A DNA stretch of 64,000 nucleotides, taken from IMG/VR virus record IMGVR_UViG_3300028800_000095. One strand, written 5' to 3'. This document shows positions 53,099 through 61,989 of this stretch, piece by piece (position 1 is the stretch's first letter; each line of letters begins with the position of its first letter). Source of the stretch: an uncultured virus (IMG/VR IMGVR_UViG_3300028800_000095). Its lineage: Duplodnaviria; Heunggongvirae; Uroviricota; Caudoviricetes. The notes below the pieces were generated by a model. That model did not search any database. It was not told the DNA's origin and saw nothing but the letters and a program-made list of their open reading frames with translations. The position numbers and the translations under genes were made by a program.

Positions 53099-55559
53099 CG
53101 CCTTTTGCGAACTCTGTCCTCTGCACCACGGAGCGAGGCATGTTTGTCTGTGGGGAGAAGGCGACGAGAATGCGGAGGTCATGGTAGTAGCCGAAAACCC
53201 AGAGAAACGGGACGACCAAACGGGGCATCCTTTCGAAGGCCAGGGCGGGCAGATGATCCGTGCGGAGCTTAAGAAGCTTGGGTTTAACTCCGTTTACTTT
53301 ACCTACGCTACTAAGTGCGCGACAGCGGGCAAGATAGGAGCGAAGGACGCGAAGGCCTGCAAACCTTACCTGGAAGAGGAGATCAAGCGTGTTAAACCGA
53401 AGTACGTGGTCACTCTCGGAAGCTTGGCTTCGAAGGTTGTACTTAAGAAGTCTAAGATCACCGAGGAGCACGGCCAGCTCGTCGAACTACCAGGCTTTCA
53501 GGGAATGCCGGTTTACCAGGCCTCCTATGCAATTCGAGATCCGAGTAAGCTCCCCGCTATCCAATACGACCTGGCCCGGCTTAAGCGCACGATAGATGGA
53601 ACAACCATAGAAGACCCCTTTCGATGGTCTCTGGTTAAGGATGTTGGTAGCTTCGAGCATTTCCTGCGTGAGTTTATCGAGGCCGAGGAGTTCTCCTTTG
53701 ATACAGAAACCAGTAGTCTCTTCCCCCACGACGGAAAAGGATTTGTTCGCTGCATTGGTATTGGCCTTCCTATACGGGCTTGGGTTATCCCTCTGGATAT
53801 GCCCGGTTCACCTTTCGAGGGCAAGCCATCTCTGGTTAGGGCTATTGGGCATATCCTGCGTTATTACGCTAGAGGCAAGGGAACGGTGGCGCAGAACGGG
53901 AAGTTCGATAACGAGTGGTTAACCTACTGCGCTGGGGGCGGGTTCTACGAGAACTTCGATACGATGCTCGCTCATCACGTCCTTGACGAGAACCAGCCGC
54001 ATGATCTTAAGTACCTCGCTCGAATGGAATTAGACTGCCCCGAGTATGACATACCGAAGAAGGAGAAAACCGGTGGTTCGCTTCACATACCGGCTAAGAG
54101 GCTTGAGTATTGGGAATACTGCGCGCGGGACGCTTGGAATACGCTTCGACTTAAGTGGGTATTTAAGAAGCGGCTTAACGCAAGTCTACCGTTGCGTCGC
54201 CTCTTCTATCAGATCGTTATGCCAGCTTCCCGGGTACTCGAAAAGGCGGAGATGGAAGGCCTTACGCTCGATCTACCGAGATATGCCCAGGTCGAACAAG
54301 AGGCTAGAACCAAGAGACTGAACTTGGAGCTAGAGTTAAAAGCGATTGCTGATATTAACTGGAATTCTCCCGACCAAGTCGCAGCGATTCTGTTCGATGA
54401 CTTAGGACTAAAGTCAACCGTTAAGACCGACGGGGGCAAACGCTCTACCGGTGAGGCTGCTCTCGTTGACTTAAAGGGCAAACACCCGGTCGCGGATACG
54501 TTAATCTCCTTCCGCGAAACCGATAAATTTATTGGCACCTACCTCGAAGGCTGGAAGGATTTCATACATGAAGGACGACTCTACTTGGGATATAAAATTC
54601 ACGGTACGGTTACGGGAAGATATAGCTCGCGGCTTCATCAAGTGCCTCGTGATGGATCCATCCGTAATCTTGTCGTTGCACCTGATGGCTGGGAGTTCTG
54701 TCAGGCAGACCTATCGCAAGCCGAACTCCGAATTGCTGCCGAGTTATCCGGCGACCTTGAATTGGTTTCGTGCTTCCGACCTGGGGGGGCCGATGTCCAC
54801 TGGCGCACCATGCTCCATATCGTGGCAACCGGAGCTTCCTCCGAGTACGACAAGCTCGCAAAGTCTACCGCAGCCCAGCTCTCACGAAGTCGCTCTGAAC
54901 CGCGCATTACTGAAGCAGTGGAGATCCTCCGTTCGGTCGGGCATGATGCCGCGATAGCGGTCGATAAGGTTTGGAAAGAGGCTCGTAAGCGAGGCAAGTC
55001 AATTAACTTCGGGTTCGTCTTTGGAATGTATGAAAACAAATTTATCGAAACCTGCAAAACGAAATACGGCTACGAGCCGACGTGGGAAGAGGCCCATGCC
55101 TTCCGTCAAGCGTACTTCGAGCTTTACCAGGGTGTCCCTAAGTGGCACGATAAACAAAAGAGACTTGTTAAACTTTATGGCGAAGTGTCTAACCTCTTCG
55201 GAAGGGTTCGCAGACTTCCCGGAATTTACTCCTCTGACCGTGCGCTTCGTAGTGAGTGTGAAAGGCAGGCGATCAACTCCCCCGTCCAAGGAGCCATAGG
55301 CGATTGGAAAGCCGCAGCGATGGTGGAAATAGACGAGCGAATTGATCGCGACGAGCTTAGGATAGTCGGGGAGCATCACGACGCATTGCTTATGATAGTT
55401 CGCAAGGGCTGCGAGGACCGGACACTCCCGACCGTGCGAAGCATCATGCGCAAGCCGAGACTGTTGGAAACTTTCAAGATCGATATGAAGGTTCCGATGG
55501 AGTCCGAGATCGAACTAGGCCCCTGGGGGGCCGGTAAAGCCTACAAAGGAGACTTATAG
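53088..55559 (+). CDS. polA: Family A DNA polymerase with an N-terminal family-4 UDG-like domain and a 3'-5' exonuclease
   Basis: CELC..KC..C Fe-S ligands; FDTET, QNGKFD and YCARD exonuclease; TGRYSS, DLSQAELR, K..NFG..FG, INSPVQG and HDA polymerase motifs. Confidence 0.95.
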   Translation: MPRNAFCELCPLHHGARHVCLWGEGDENAEVMVVAENPEKRDDQTGHPFEGQGGQMIRAELKKLGFNSVYFTYATKCATAGKIGAKDAKACKPYLEEEIKRVKPKYVVTLGSLASKVVLKKSKITEEHGQLVELPGFQGMPVYQASYAIRDPSKLPAIQYDLARLKRTIDGTTIEDPFRWSLVKDVGSFEHFLREFIEAEEFSFDTETSSLFPHDGKGFVRCIGIGLPIRAWVIPLDMPGSPFEGKPSLVRAIGHILRYYARGKGTVAQNGKFDNEWLTYCAGGGFYENFDTMLAHHVLDENQPHDLKYLARMELDCPEYDIPKKEKTGGSLHIPAKRLEYWEYCARDAWNTLRLKWVFKKRLNASLPLRRLFYQIVMPASRVLEKAEMEGLTLDLPRYAQVEQEARTKRLNLELELKAIADINWNSPDQVAAILFDDLGLKSTVKTDGGKRSTGEAALVDLKGKHPVADTLISFRETDKFIGTYLEGWKDFIHEGRLYLGYKIHGTVTGRYSSRLHQVPRDGSIRNLVVAPDGWEFCQADLSQAELRIAAELSGDLELVSCFRPGGADVHWRTMLHIVATGASSEYDKLAKSTAAQLSRSRSEPRITEAVEILRSVGHDAAIAVDKVWKEARKRGKSINFGFVFGMYENKFIETCKTKYGYEPTWEEAHAFRQAYFELYQGVPKWHDKQKRLVKLYGEVSNLFGRVRRLPGIYSSDRALRSECERQAINSPVQGAIGDWKAAAMVEIDERIDRDELRIVGEHHDALLMIVRKGCEDRTLPTVRSIMRKPRLLETFKIDMKVPMESEIELGPWGAGKAYKGDL

Positions 55560-56545
55560 TGCCAGAGACCCGCTATTCTATGGTTAAGGCGTATCGTCGC
55601 TGCCCAAAGAGCTTCGAGTATCGATACGTTAAGAACCTGCAACGTACCAGGCCGTCGCCCCCGTTGCTCCGGGGAACGATCATTCACGCAATGCTCGATG
55701 TCCGAGCTATCGGCACCGGGGCTAAGAAGCCGATGACGGTCCTTAGCGAGTACGAGGAGAAATACAAAGCCCTCTTCCGGGAAGAACAGGAGCTTTACGG
55801 TGAGAACTTTATCTCTGATATCCGTCGTATCTTCGAAGGCTACGAGCGCACTTACGGGACCGTGGAAGAGGATGGTCTTATCTACGAAGCTTCCGAAGAG
55901 TTTGTCGCTACTGACCTTACCCCCGATATTCGGTATACGGGTCACCTCGACAAACGGGTTGTCACCCGACGCGATGGGCGTCGCTGGATCTTGGATCATA
56001 AATCACACCGGGTGATTCCGACCGAGGAGCAGAGATTTCAGGACTACCAGATTCTGATGTACGTTTGGGCGTATAACCGCGAGCACCCGAAGGACAAGAT
56101 CGATGGTGTTATGTGGGATTACATCCGAACGAAGGCCCCAACGATTCCCGAGGTACTAAAGGCCGGGGGGCTCTCGCAGGCGAAGAACATCGATACGGAC
56201 TACTACACGTATACGAAGGAGCTAACCCGCCTACGCATTGATCCGAAGCCGTACAAGGATTTCCTAGCGGCTCTTAAGGCCCGGTCTGCCGAGCGCTTTT
56301 TCCTACGGGTTAAGCTGCCCGCGCCATCGAAGGCAATGACCGAGCAGGTCGTTAAGGACTTCCGCGAGACCTCCGTGATTATGAATAATCTAAAGGTCTA
56401 CCCCCGGACGATGACACGTGATTGCTCCTTCTGCGATTTCTACCGCCTCTGCAATGCCGAATTGCGCGGGCTCGATGCGGCGTTTATTCAGAAAACCGAA
56501 TACGAGGAGTGCACAGTTGGCGAAGATCATACCGAAGAAGTCTAA
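55559..56545 (+). CDS. PD-(D/E)XK exonuclease (Cas4/RecB-like)
   Basis: CP..F.Y.Y, GT..H, G.LD, ILDHKS, Q..MY, C..C.F..LC. Confidence 0.85.
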   Translation: MPETRYSMVKAYRRCPKSFEYRYVKNLQRTRPSPPLLRGTIIHAMLDVRAIGTGAKKPMTVLSEYEEKYKALFREEQELYGENFISDIRRIFEGYERTYGTVEEDGLIYEASEEFVATDLTPDIRYTGHLDKRVVTRRDGRRWILDHKSHRVIPTEEQRFQDYQILMYVWAYNREHPKDKIDGVMWDYIRTKAPTIPEVLKAGGLSQAKNIDTDYYTYTKELTRLRIDPKPYKDFLAALKARSAERFFLRVKLPAPSKAMTEQVVKDFRETSVIMNNLKVYPRTMTRDCSFCDFYRLCNAELRGLDAAFIQKTEYEECTVGEDHTEEV

Positions 56546-57335
56546 TGGCCCTAAGAAGGCCAGTAGCAAATCGATCCTATCGAAGATCAAGCCGGTAGGG
56601 GATATCGAATCGCAGCTAACGATGCTCTGTTACGGGAAGGCCGGGACGGGTAAGACCGTTTTTGGCTGCTCGTTTCCGAAGCCGTTACTGTTGATTGACA
56701 TTAAGGAGAAGGGCCACGAGTCCATCCTGGATGTCGAGGGCGTCGATCTCCTCCCCGTCGAGAAGTGGAGCGAGCTTGAGGAGATCTACTGGGAGCTTAA
56801 GGGAGGGACTAAGTACAAGTCTATCGTGCTCGATCAGTTAACCTCGATGCAGGCCCTAGCGATGGCTAAGATCCGCGAGGATAAGGGCGTTGGGGCCGAG
56901 GAGGTTATCTCTCAGCGAGCATGGGGGCAGATCTCCGGGTTGATGCAGACCTGGCTCTATAACTTCCGGGAACTCTACTCGGACGGTTACCATATCTGCT
57001 TTAACGCTCACGAACGGTTACGGGAACCGCAGGAGGAGAACGACGAGCGTATCGCCCCATCGGTAGGTTCGAACCTGATGCAGTCGGTTGCCTCCTTTGC
57101 AAACGGGATGGTCTCGGTTATCGGGAATACCTTTATCCGGGAACACGAGGTGGAGAAGAAGAAGTACGAAATTCAGTTCTGTATGAGGGTTGGCCCGCAC
57201 GCCTATTATGCTGCTAAGATTCGCCGCCCGGTATCGGCGGGTCCCGCACCCGGCATTATCGTAAACCCTTCATTCGACAAGGTGATGAAGATCTCAAGAG
57301 GCGAGAGCCTTAACCGAACAATCAAACGTAAGTAG
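56517..57335 (+). CDS. AAA_24/Sak4-like recombination ATPase
   Basis: YGKAGTGKT, LLID and SIVLD; TTG start at 56517 with GAGGAG SD. Confidence 0.8.
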   Translation: MAKIIPKKSNGPKKASSKSILSKIKPVGDIESQLTMLCYGKAGTGKTVFGCSFPKPLLLIDIKEKGHESILDVEGVDLLPVEKWSELEEIYWELKGGTKYKSIVLDQLTSMQALAMAKIREDKGVGAEEVISQRAWGQISGLMQTWLYNFRELYSDGYHICFNAHERLREPQEENDERIAPSVGSNLMQSVASFANGMVSVIGNTFIREHEVEKKKYEIQFCMRVGPHAYYAAKIRRPVSAGPAPGIIVNPSFDKVMKISRGESLNRTIKRK

Positions 57336-57340
57336 GAGCA

Positions 57341-58063
57341 GTGAAAATGGCAGTTAAAGCGAAGAAGAAAGGCTGGTCAGTCGAGGTTGACTTCGAGGGC
57401 GTAGAGTCCGGTGGCTTTACCCTCGATGACGGAACCTACCAGGCCGAGATCGTCAAGGCCGAAAGCACGGAGTCCTCCGAGGGCAATCCGATGCTGGTCC
57501 TTGGGTGGGTCGTGACCGAGGGCAAGAAGAAGGGTACGAAGTTAAACTTCGATAACGTCTCCCTTATGCCCCAGGCTCTCTGGAAGCTGAAAGGCCTCCT
57601 TGAGGCTCTCGAAGTCGAAGTTCCGGACGGCGCACTGGAGATCGAGGAGAGTGATCTCGTCGGTGGGCAGTGCGGTATCGAGGTCACTAACGAGACCTAC
57701 GAGGGCAAGAAGCGACCGAAGATCACCGGCTATGTCTCCGGCGGAGAGGGCGGCGAATCGTCCGACGATGATGATGACGATGATGACGATGACAAGAAGG
57801 TCGCCAAGAAGCCTGCGAAGAAGGCGGACAAGGCCAAGGACGATGACGACGCCGACGACGAGGATGACGACGGGGACAAGAAGGTTGGAAAGAAGCCTTC
57901 GAAGACCGCGAAGTTCAAGGAAGGTCAGCGGGTCAAGTTCCGAGACGACAAGGACAAGCTCGTCAAGGGTAAGGTAGTCGAGATCGAAGGCGATACCGCC
58001 AAGGTCGAAGATGCCGAGGGCGATACCTGGGAGCTGGAGGTCTCGGACCTCGAAGCCGTCTGA
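57341..58063 (+). CDS. DUF669-like ssDNA-binding protein with acidic linker and C-terminal SH3/KOW-like domain
   Basis: GTY.AEI..AE...S..GNPML, ALWKLK and ETYEGK; poly-Asp linker; FKEGQRV. Confidence 0.75.
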   Translation: MKMAVKAKKKGWSVEVDFEGVESGGFTLDDGTYQAEIVKAESTESSEGNPMLVLGWVVTEGKKKGTKLNFDNVSLMPQALWKLKGLLEALEVEVPDGALEIEESDLVGGQCGIEVTNETYEGKKRPKITGYVSGGEGGESSDDDDDDDDDDKKVAKKPAKKADKAKDDDDADDEDDDGDKKVGKKPSKTAKFKEGQRVKFRDDKDKLVKGKVVEIEGDTAKVEDAEGDTWELEVSDLEAV

Positions 58064-59397
58064 TGATTAAGACCCCTCTACTGCCCTATCAGAAGAGGGC
58101 GTCTAACCGGGCCGTCACCGCTTTAACCGGCGGTGGCGGTTTTCTGTTGTTACCCGAGCCTCGGGCGCGAAAGACCCTGATCGCTCTGGATATAATGGAC
58201 CACCTAAAACCGGACTGGACTATCGTAGTCTGTCCGAAAGTTGCTATCCCCGAGTGGACCAGGCAGCTTGAAACCCATTTTAAACTCGATTGGAAGATGC
58301 AACTGACTCTGGTTAACTACGAGCAGATGGTCTCTAATCGAAAGTTTTGGTATAAGTCGGTAAAGACTGATGCCGAAATCCTACTGATCGCTGACGAAGC
58401 TCACGCCCTAAAGACACGGGGCTCCTCCCGGTCTATGGTCGTAAGGCACGTCTCGAAGTATTGCGACTACCGACTAGGGTTAACGGGGACGCCGTTAGCC
58501 CAAGGCCCGGAGGATGCTTGGGCGCTCTGCGACTTTGCTGACCCTACCGTCTTCGGTAAGTGGGATGACAAGATTAACAAGAAGACCAAGGAGGTCCTTG
58601 AGGAAGGGTTCGATACCCGTTATCTGGTTTGGGGCGGATTTAAGGACAAGGAACTCGTTGGGTATAAGAACCAGGAGGAGTTTAAGGAGAAACTTCACTC
58701 TATCTCGTACCGCATTACCCTGCGTGAGGCGAAGCGGGAAGGGGGCCAAGCCCCGTTAAAGATCCAATACTCAAAGATGATGGTCGATCTCTCCTCCCGG
58801 AGCCGACGTGCCTACGATACGATGGAGAAACAGCTCTACGCTATCGTAAACCAGAAAAAGGTCAAGGCTAAGAACGTCCTCTCCGTAGCGATTAAGCTCC
58901 AGCAAATTACGGGCGGGTCTCTGATCGACGAGGAGGGTATTGCCCGGGTAATCGATAGTGAGAAAATCGAGGCCCTGCATACCTTTGTTCGGAGCCTGCG
59001 CGCCCGGTCGAAATTTATTGTCATCTGCCGGTTCCTGCACGAGATCGATAGGGTTAAGAGCCACCTAGAGAAGCTAGGGTGCTCCGTCGCTCTCGTTAAG
59101 GGGGGGTCTCCCTACGATGGGGAGTTTAAGACCGACGCTATTGTAATGCAGATCCAGAGCGGCATGGCAGTAGATATGTCTAAGGCCGATAACATAGTCT
59201 TCTACTCTGCGGACTACTCCCAGATAAATTTTGAACAGTCCCGCTTTAGGTCACTCTCATATTCGAAGTCCTTTGTACATTATCATTTTTTACTTGCCAG
59301 GGATACCGTTGATGAGATAATCTATGAGGCGCTAAGTAGAAAGGTGAATCTATCGAGACTGATCATCGATAGTTACCGAACCAGGAGCGGGAAGTGA
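58063..59397 (+). CDS. SNF2-like SF2 helicase
   Basis: LLPYQ, VVCP, NYE, DEAH, LTGTP, KLQQI, Q...R, TVDE.I. Confidence 0.85.
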   Translation: MIKTPLLPYQKRASNRAVTALTGGGGFLLLPEPRARKTLIALDIMDHLKPDWTIVVCPKVAIPEWTRQLETHFKLDWKMQLTLVNYEQMVSNRKFWYKSVKTDAEILLIADEAHALKTRGSSRSMVVRHVSKYCDYRLGLTGTPLAQGPEDAWALCDFADPTVFGKWDDKINKKTKEVLEEGFDTRYLVWGGFKDKELVGYKNQEEFKEKLHSISYRITLREAKREGGQAPLKIQYSKMMVDLSSRSRRAYDTMEKQLYAIVNQKKVKAKNVLSVAIKLQQITGGSLIDEEGIARVIDSEKIEALHTFVRSLRARSKFIVICRFLHEIDRVKSHLEKLGCSVALVKGGSPYDGEFKTDAIVMQIQSGMAVDMSKADNIVFYSADYSQINFEQSRFRSLSYSKSFVHYHFLLARDTVDEIIYEALSRKVNLSRLIIDSYRTRSGK

Positions 59398-59747
59398 ACG
59401 ACCTTAAAGACAGTATTGCCTTGGTAAAGGAGGCGCTAGCTAGCGCTCCTCCGGAGCCGGGTACCATTAGGAAAGGAGCAAGGAAAGTGCCGAAGAAAGT
59501 TGAAAAGGTGACGAAGAAGGTCACTAAGGTGGCGAAGCCCGAAAAGGCAGCGAAGAAGAGCGAGAAGGAGGTTGACGAGAACGTCGTCACGCTCGCTCAG
59601 CTCGCAGCCGAGGCCGAGATTGCCCCGCAGTCCGCGCGGGTCAAGTTGCGGGAGGCGAACGTCAGCCGTCCCGAGGGTCGCTGGCAGTGGCCGGTCGGTT
59701 CGAAGGCCCTTAAGGAGGCCCGCAAGATCGTTGGCCTCGAAGGCTAA
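59394..59747 (+). CDS. Lys-rich protein with a C-terminal HTH-like domain
   Basis: VTLAQLAAE..I.P..ARVKLR...RW.W. Confidence 0.65.
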   Translation: MNDLKDSIALVKEALASAPPEPGTIRKGARKVPKKVEKVTKKVTKVAKPEKAAKKSEKEVDENVVTLAQLAAEAEIAPQSARVKLREANVSRPEGRWQWPVGSKALKEARKIVGLEG

Positions 59748-59749
59748 CT

Positions 59750-59785
59750 AAGGACGGGGGAAGGCTCCTCCTTCCCCTACCTTTA
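59750..59785 (+). terminator. Putative intrinsic terminator
   Basis: GGGGAAGG-CTCCT-CCTTCCCC followed by TACCTTT. Confidence 0.5.
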
Positions 59786-59799
59786 ACACGGAAGTTCGT

Positions 59800-60102
59800 A
59801 TGGGTCAGGCAGTTCATTACACGAAGAGGCAGCAGTGGGTTTGCTCTACCTGCCAGAAAGAGATCCCCGCCAGTGAGATCCTTAGTCCGAGAGAGTTCCA
59901 AATACTCCTCGAATACGCTAAGGGCAAACAGGCAACCCAGATGGCACGAGAGATGTTTCTCTCCATTAAGACCATCAGCACCCACTTGATGAGAATTCGA
60001 GCCAAGCTTGGAGTATCTACTACCCGGTTACTCCTGATCTATGCTTGGGAGCACGGACTAATGTCCGGGGACTCTAGTAAGGGTTGCGTCCATCACAAGT
60101 GA
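59800..60102 (+). CDS. LuxR/GerE-type HTH regulator with N-terminal CxxC
   Basis: LSPREFQIL...AKG.....A....LS.KT.STH..RI..KLGV. Confidence 0.85.
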   Translation: MGQAVHYTKRQQWVCSTCQKEIPASEILSPREFQILLEYAKGKQATQMAREMFLSIKTISTHLMRIRAKLGVSTTRLLLIYAWEHGLMSGDSSKGCVHHK

Positions 60103-60114
60103 GAAGGAGACTTT

Positions 60115-60489
60115 ATGAAAACTGCAATTTTGATTCTCGCCCTGCTCGCGTCCCCGGCTTTCGCTACCGACCTATCCCCGGCAACCATTTGCCCGTCGTA
60201 TTGCACGGGGATCACTACCAATGACCTCGCCGTCACGGTCGATTACCTTAACCTGAATTCGGGCGGAGACACCACGATTATCTCGATCAACGGCGTGACT
60301 TACCGGGGAACCTCTGCCTGGACTTCGCTGACCACGAACCTGCTGCACGAGGACGTATACCTGTTCTCCCCGGACGGAACTCCGTTGCACTTCGTAGGCG
60401 ACATGCGCGATACCCGAACCTGCGTAAAGTCCGGACGCGGACAGCACTGCACGGATCGCCTTTACTTCCTGGGTGGGACGGTAGAGTAA
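60115..60489 (+). CDS. Secreted protein (Sec signal, Cys pairs)
   Basis: MKTAILILALLASPAFA; AAGGAG SD. Confidence 0.7.
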   Translation: MKTAILILALLASPAFATDLSPATICPSYCTGITTNDLAVTVDYLNLNSGGDTTIISINGVTYRGTSAWTSLTTNLLHEDVYLFSPDGTPLHFVGDMRDTRTCVKSGRGQHCTDRLYFLGGTVE

Positions 60490-60746
60490 TGAAGGCTGGT
60501 CTCCTCCTCCGTTGGGGTTCTTTCTGGGTTGGGGTGCATTGGGCTCCCGAGCACAAACGCCTCTGCGTTAATCTCCTTCCCTGCGTCACCCTCTGGGTGA
60601 TAGGTGAGGGAGGAGATGTTCCTTCGGCGCATCAGCACCGGTGGAAACTCTACGCCCGCCGATTAGATCATACGGGTTGGTCCTCTCATCTCGAATGCAA
60701 GTATTGCCCCGAACGCAAAATTGTCTATGATGGAGAAGGGCCGTGA
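60489..60746 (+). CDS. Hypothetical protein (W.G.HW motif, CxxC)
   Basis: Coupled to both neighbours. Confidence 0.55.
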   Translation: MKAGLLLRWGSFWVGVHWAPEHKRLCVNLLPCVTLWVIGEGGDVPSAHQHRWKLYARRLDHTGWSSHLECKYCPERKIVYDGEGP

Positions 60747-61168
60747 GTGAAGCTAGCTTCTGGGATTACCTTCGCGTTCGGTTACCGAAGGACATTCACT
60801 ACTCTCGGATTGAGTCCGATACCTGCCCGGGGTTCCCCGATGTTCACTACACTCTCGACCGTGAAACCGGGACCATCGAACTGAAGGACGCTAAACTCCC
60901 AGCGGGAAAGTACCCGTTCTCTGGTAAGAGCGGATTGCGGGACTCTCAGCTTAACTGGATGGATGACGAGCTAGCCTCCGGAGGCAGGGTTCTCCTAGCC
61001 CTCCAGAAACATAACGAGATCTACATCCTACGAGCTAATGTGAATTATAGGATGCTCTCTACGATGACCCTTCGGCAGATCGAAACAGCGTCCCTCCTTC
61101 GTTGGATGAAGAGATCGGAACCCGACAACCTGACTAAGCTACTTTACGACACCCTGATTTCCCTATAG
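60743..61168 (+). CDS. VRR-NUC/Holliday-junction-resolvase-like nuclease
   Basis: SE..FW, RIE, GFPDV, IELK, Q..W, GG. Confidence 0.8.
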   Translation: MSEASFWDYLRVRLPKDIHYSRIESDTCPGFPDVHYTLDRETGTIELKDAKLPAGKYPFSGKSGLRDSQLNWMDDELASGGRVLLALQKHNEIYILRANVNYRMLSTMTLRQIETASLLRWMKRSEPDNLTKLLYDTLISL

Positions 61169-61198
61169 ACTTAACGCTCCTAGGGCAAGGAGACTAAA

Positions 61199-61768
61199 GT
61201 GGAAAGATCGGTTCGGTATATCAGGGTAGACGGGATGAAACCCGCCTTATGTTTTAGAGGCAAGAAACATGCCTATGCGATTATCAACGACGAGCCCTGT
61301 GTCAGGGCCGTCGAGGTAGATCTAAAGACCCACGACCTAGCCGGGGTTGTTGGCAAGGGATTCTTCCCCTACCCGCATGGGGAGTTTACCGAGAGGATGC
61401 AGGCCGTAGGCACCCGTAAGGGCATTACCCTACGCGCCCTGGCGCTCCTAGCCGTCCCGGAAGGTGCGGAGGACCCCGAGACCCTACCCCCCGACGAGAT
61501 CGCCGCTCCGGAGCCCGCAGAGCGTCCTAGCCCCCCTCCGAAACCCCCGGCAAGCGAACGGAGAGCCCCAAAGCGGGCCGAACGGCAGGTAACCCCTAGC
61601 CCGACCCCTAAACGGGGTGTTGGCGAACGGGGGAGCCTTATTGCAAAGCTTGCGGCCGAGCTAAATATTGCACCGCAGCAATTACGCTTAAGCTTACGGA
61701 TGGCAGGCCTCCGAGCCCCCTACGACGACGAGGTTAAGATCCGCGCCGTGATTAAAGGAAAGAAGTAA
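61199..61768 (+). CDS. Hypothetical protein with Pro-rich linker and C-terminal HTH-like domain
   Basis: AAGGAGACTA SD; LAAELNIAPQQLRLSLR. Confidence 0.65.
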   Translation: MERSVRYIRVDGMKPALCFRGKKHAYAIINDEPCVRAVEVDLKTHDLAGVVGKGFFPYPHGEFTERMQAVGTRKGITLRALALLAVPEGAEDPETLPPDEIAAPEPAERPSPPPKPPASERRAPKRAERQVTPSPTPKRGVGERGSLIAKLAAELNIAPQQLRLSLRMAGLRAPYDDEVKIRAVIKGKK

Positions 61769-61989
61769 TGCCCCACCATATCAGAGCCGTGTTCGTTCCT
61801 TTCGAGATCGGGGCTGACGGACTGGCGAAGAAGCGGGATGACTTACCCCGCTTTGCCGAGGACGAGATCGAGGCGATCAAGGACTATATCCAAAGCCACC
61901 CGAGACTCGGGAGATCCAAACTAGAGTGGCGTCTGCACTCCGAGAAGGATCTGATAGCCGAGTACGTAGCCGGAGTAGGGGCTACCTAA
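61768..61989 (+). CDS. Hypothetical protein
   Basis: TAATG coupling; last plus-strand gene. Confidence 0.55.
   Translation: MPHHIRAVFVPFEIGADGLAKKRDDLPRFAEDEIEAIKDYIQSHPRLGRSKLEWRLHSEKDLIAEYVAGVGAT

Noticed and set aside
55559..56545. Cas4-like nuclease as evidence of CRISPR-Cas
   Set aside because: It lies in the usual nuclease-Sak4-SSB recombination module; no array or other cas genes seen.
57760..57875. GAT/GAC trinucleotide runs
   Set aside because: They encode the poly-Asp linker of the SSB-like protein.
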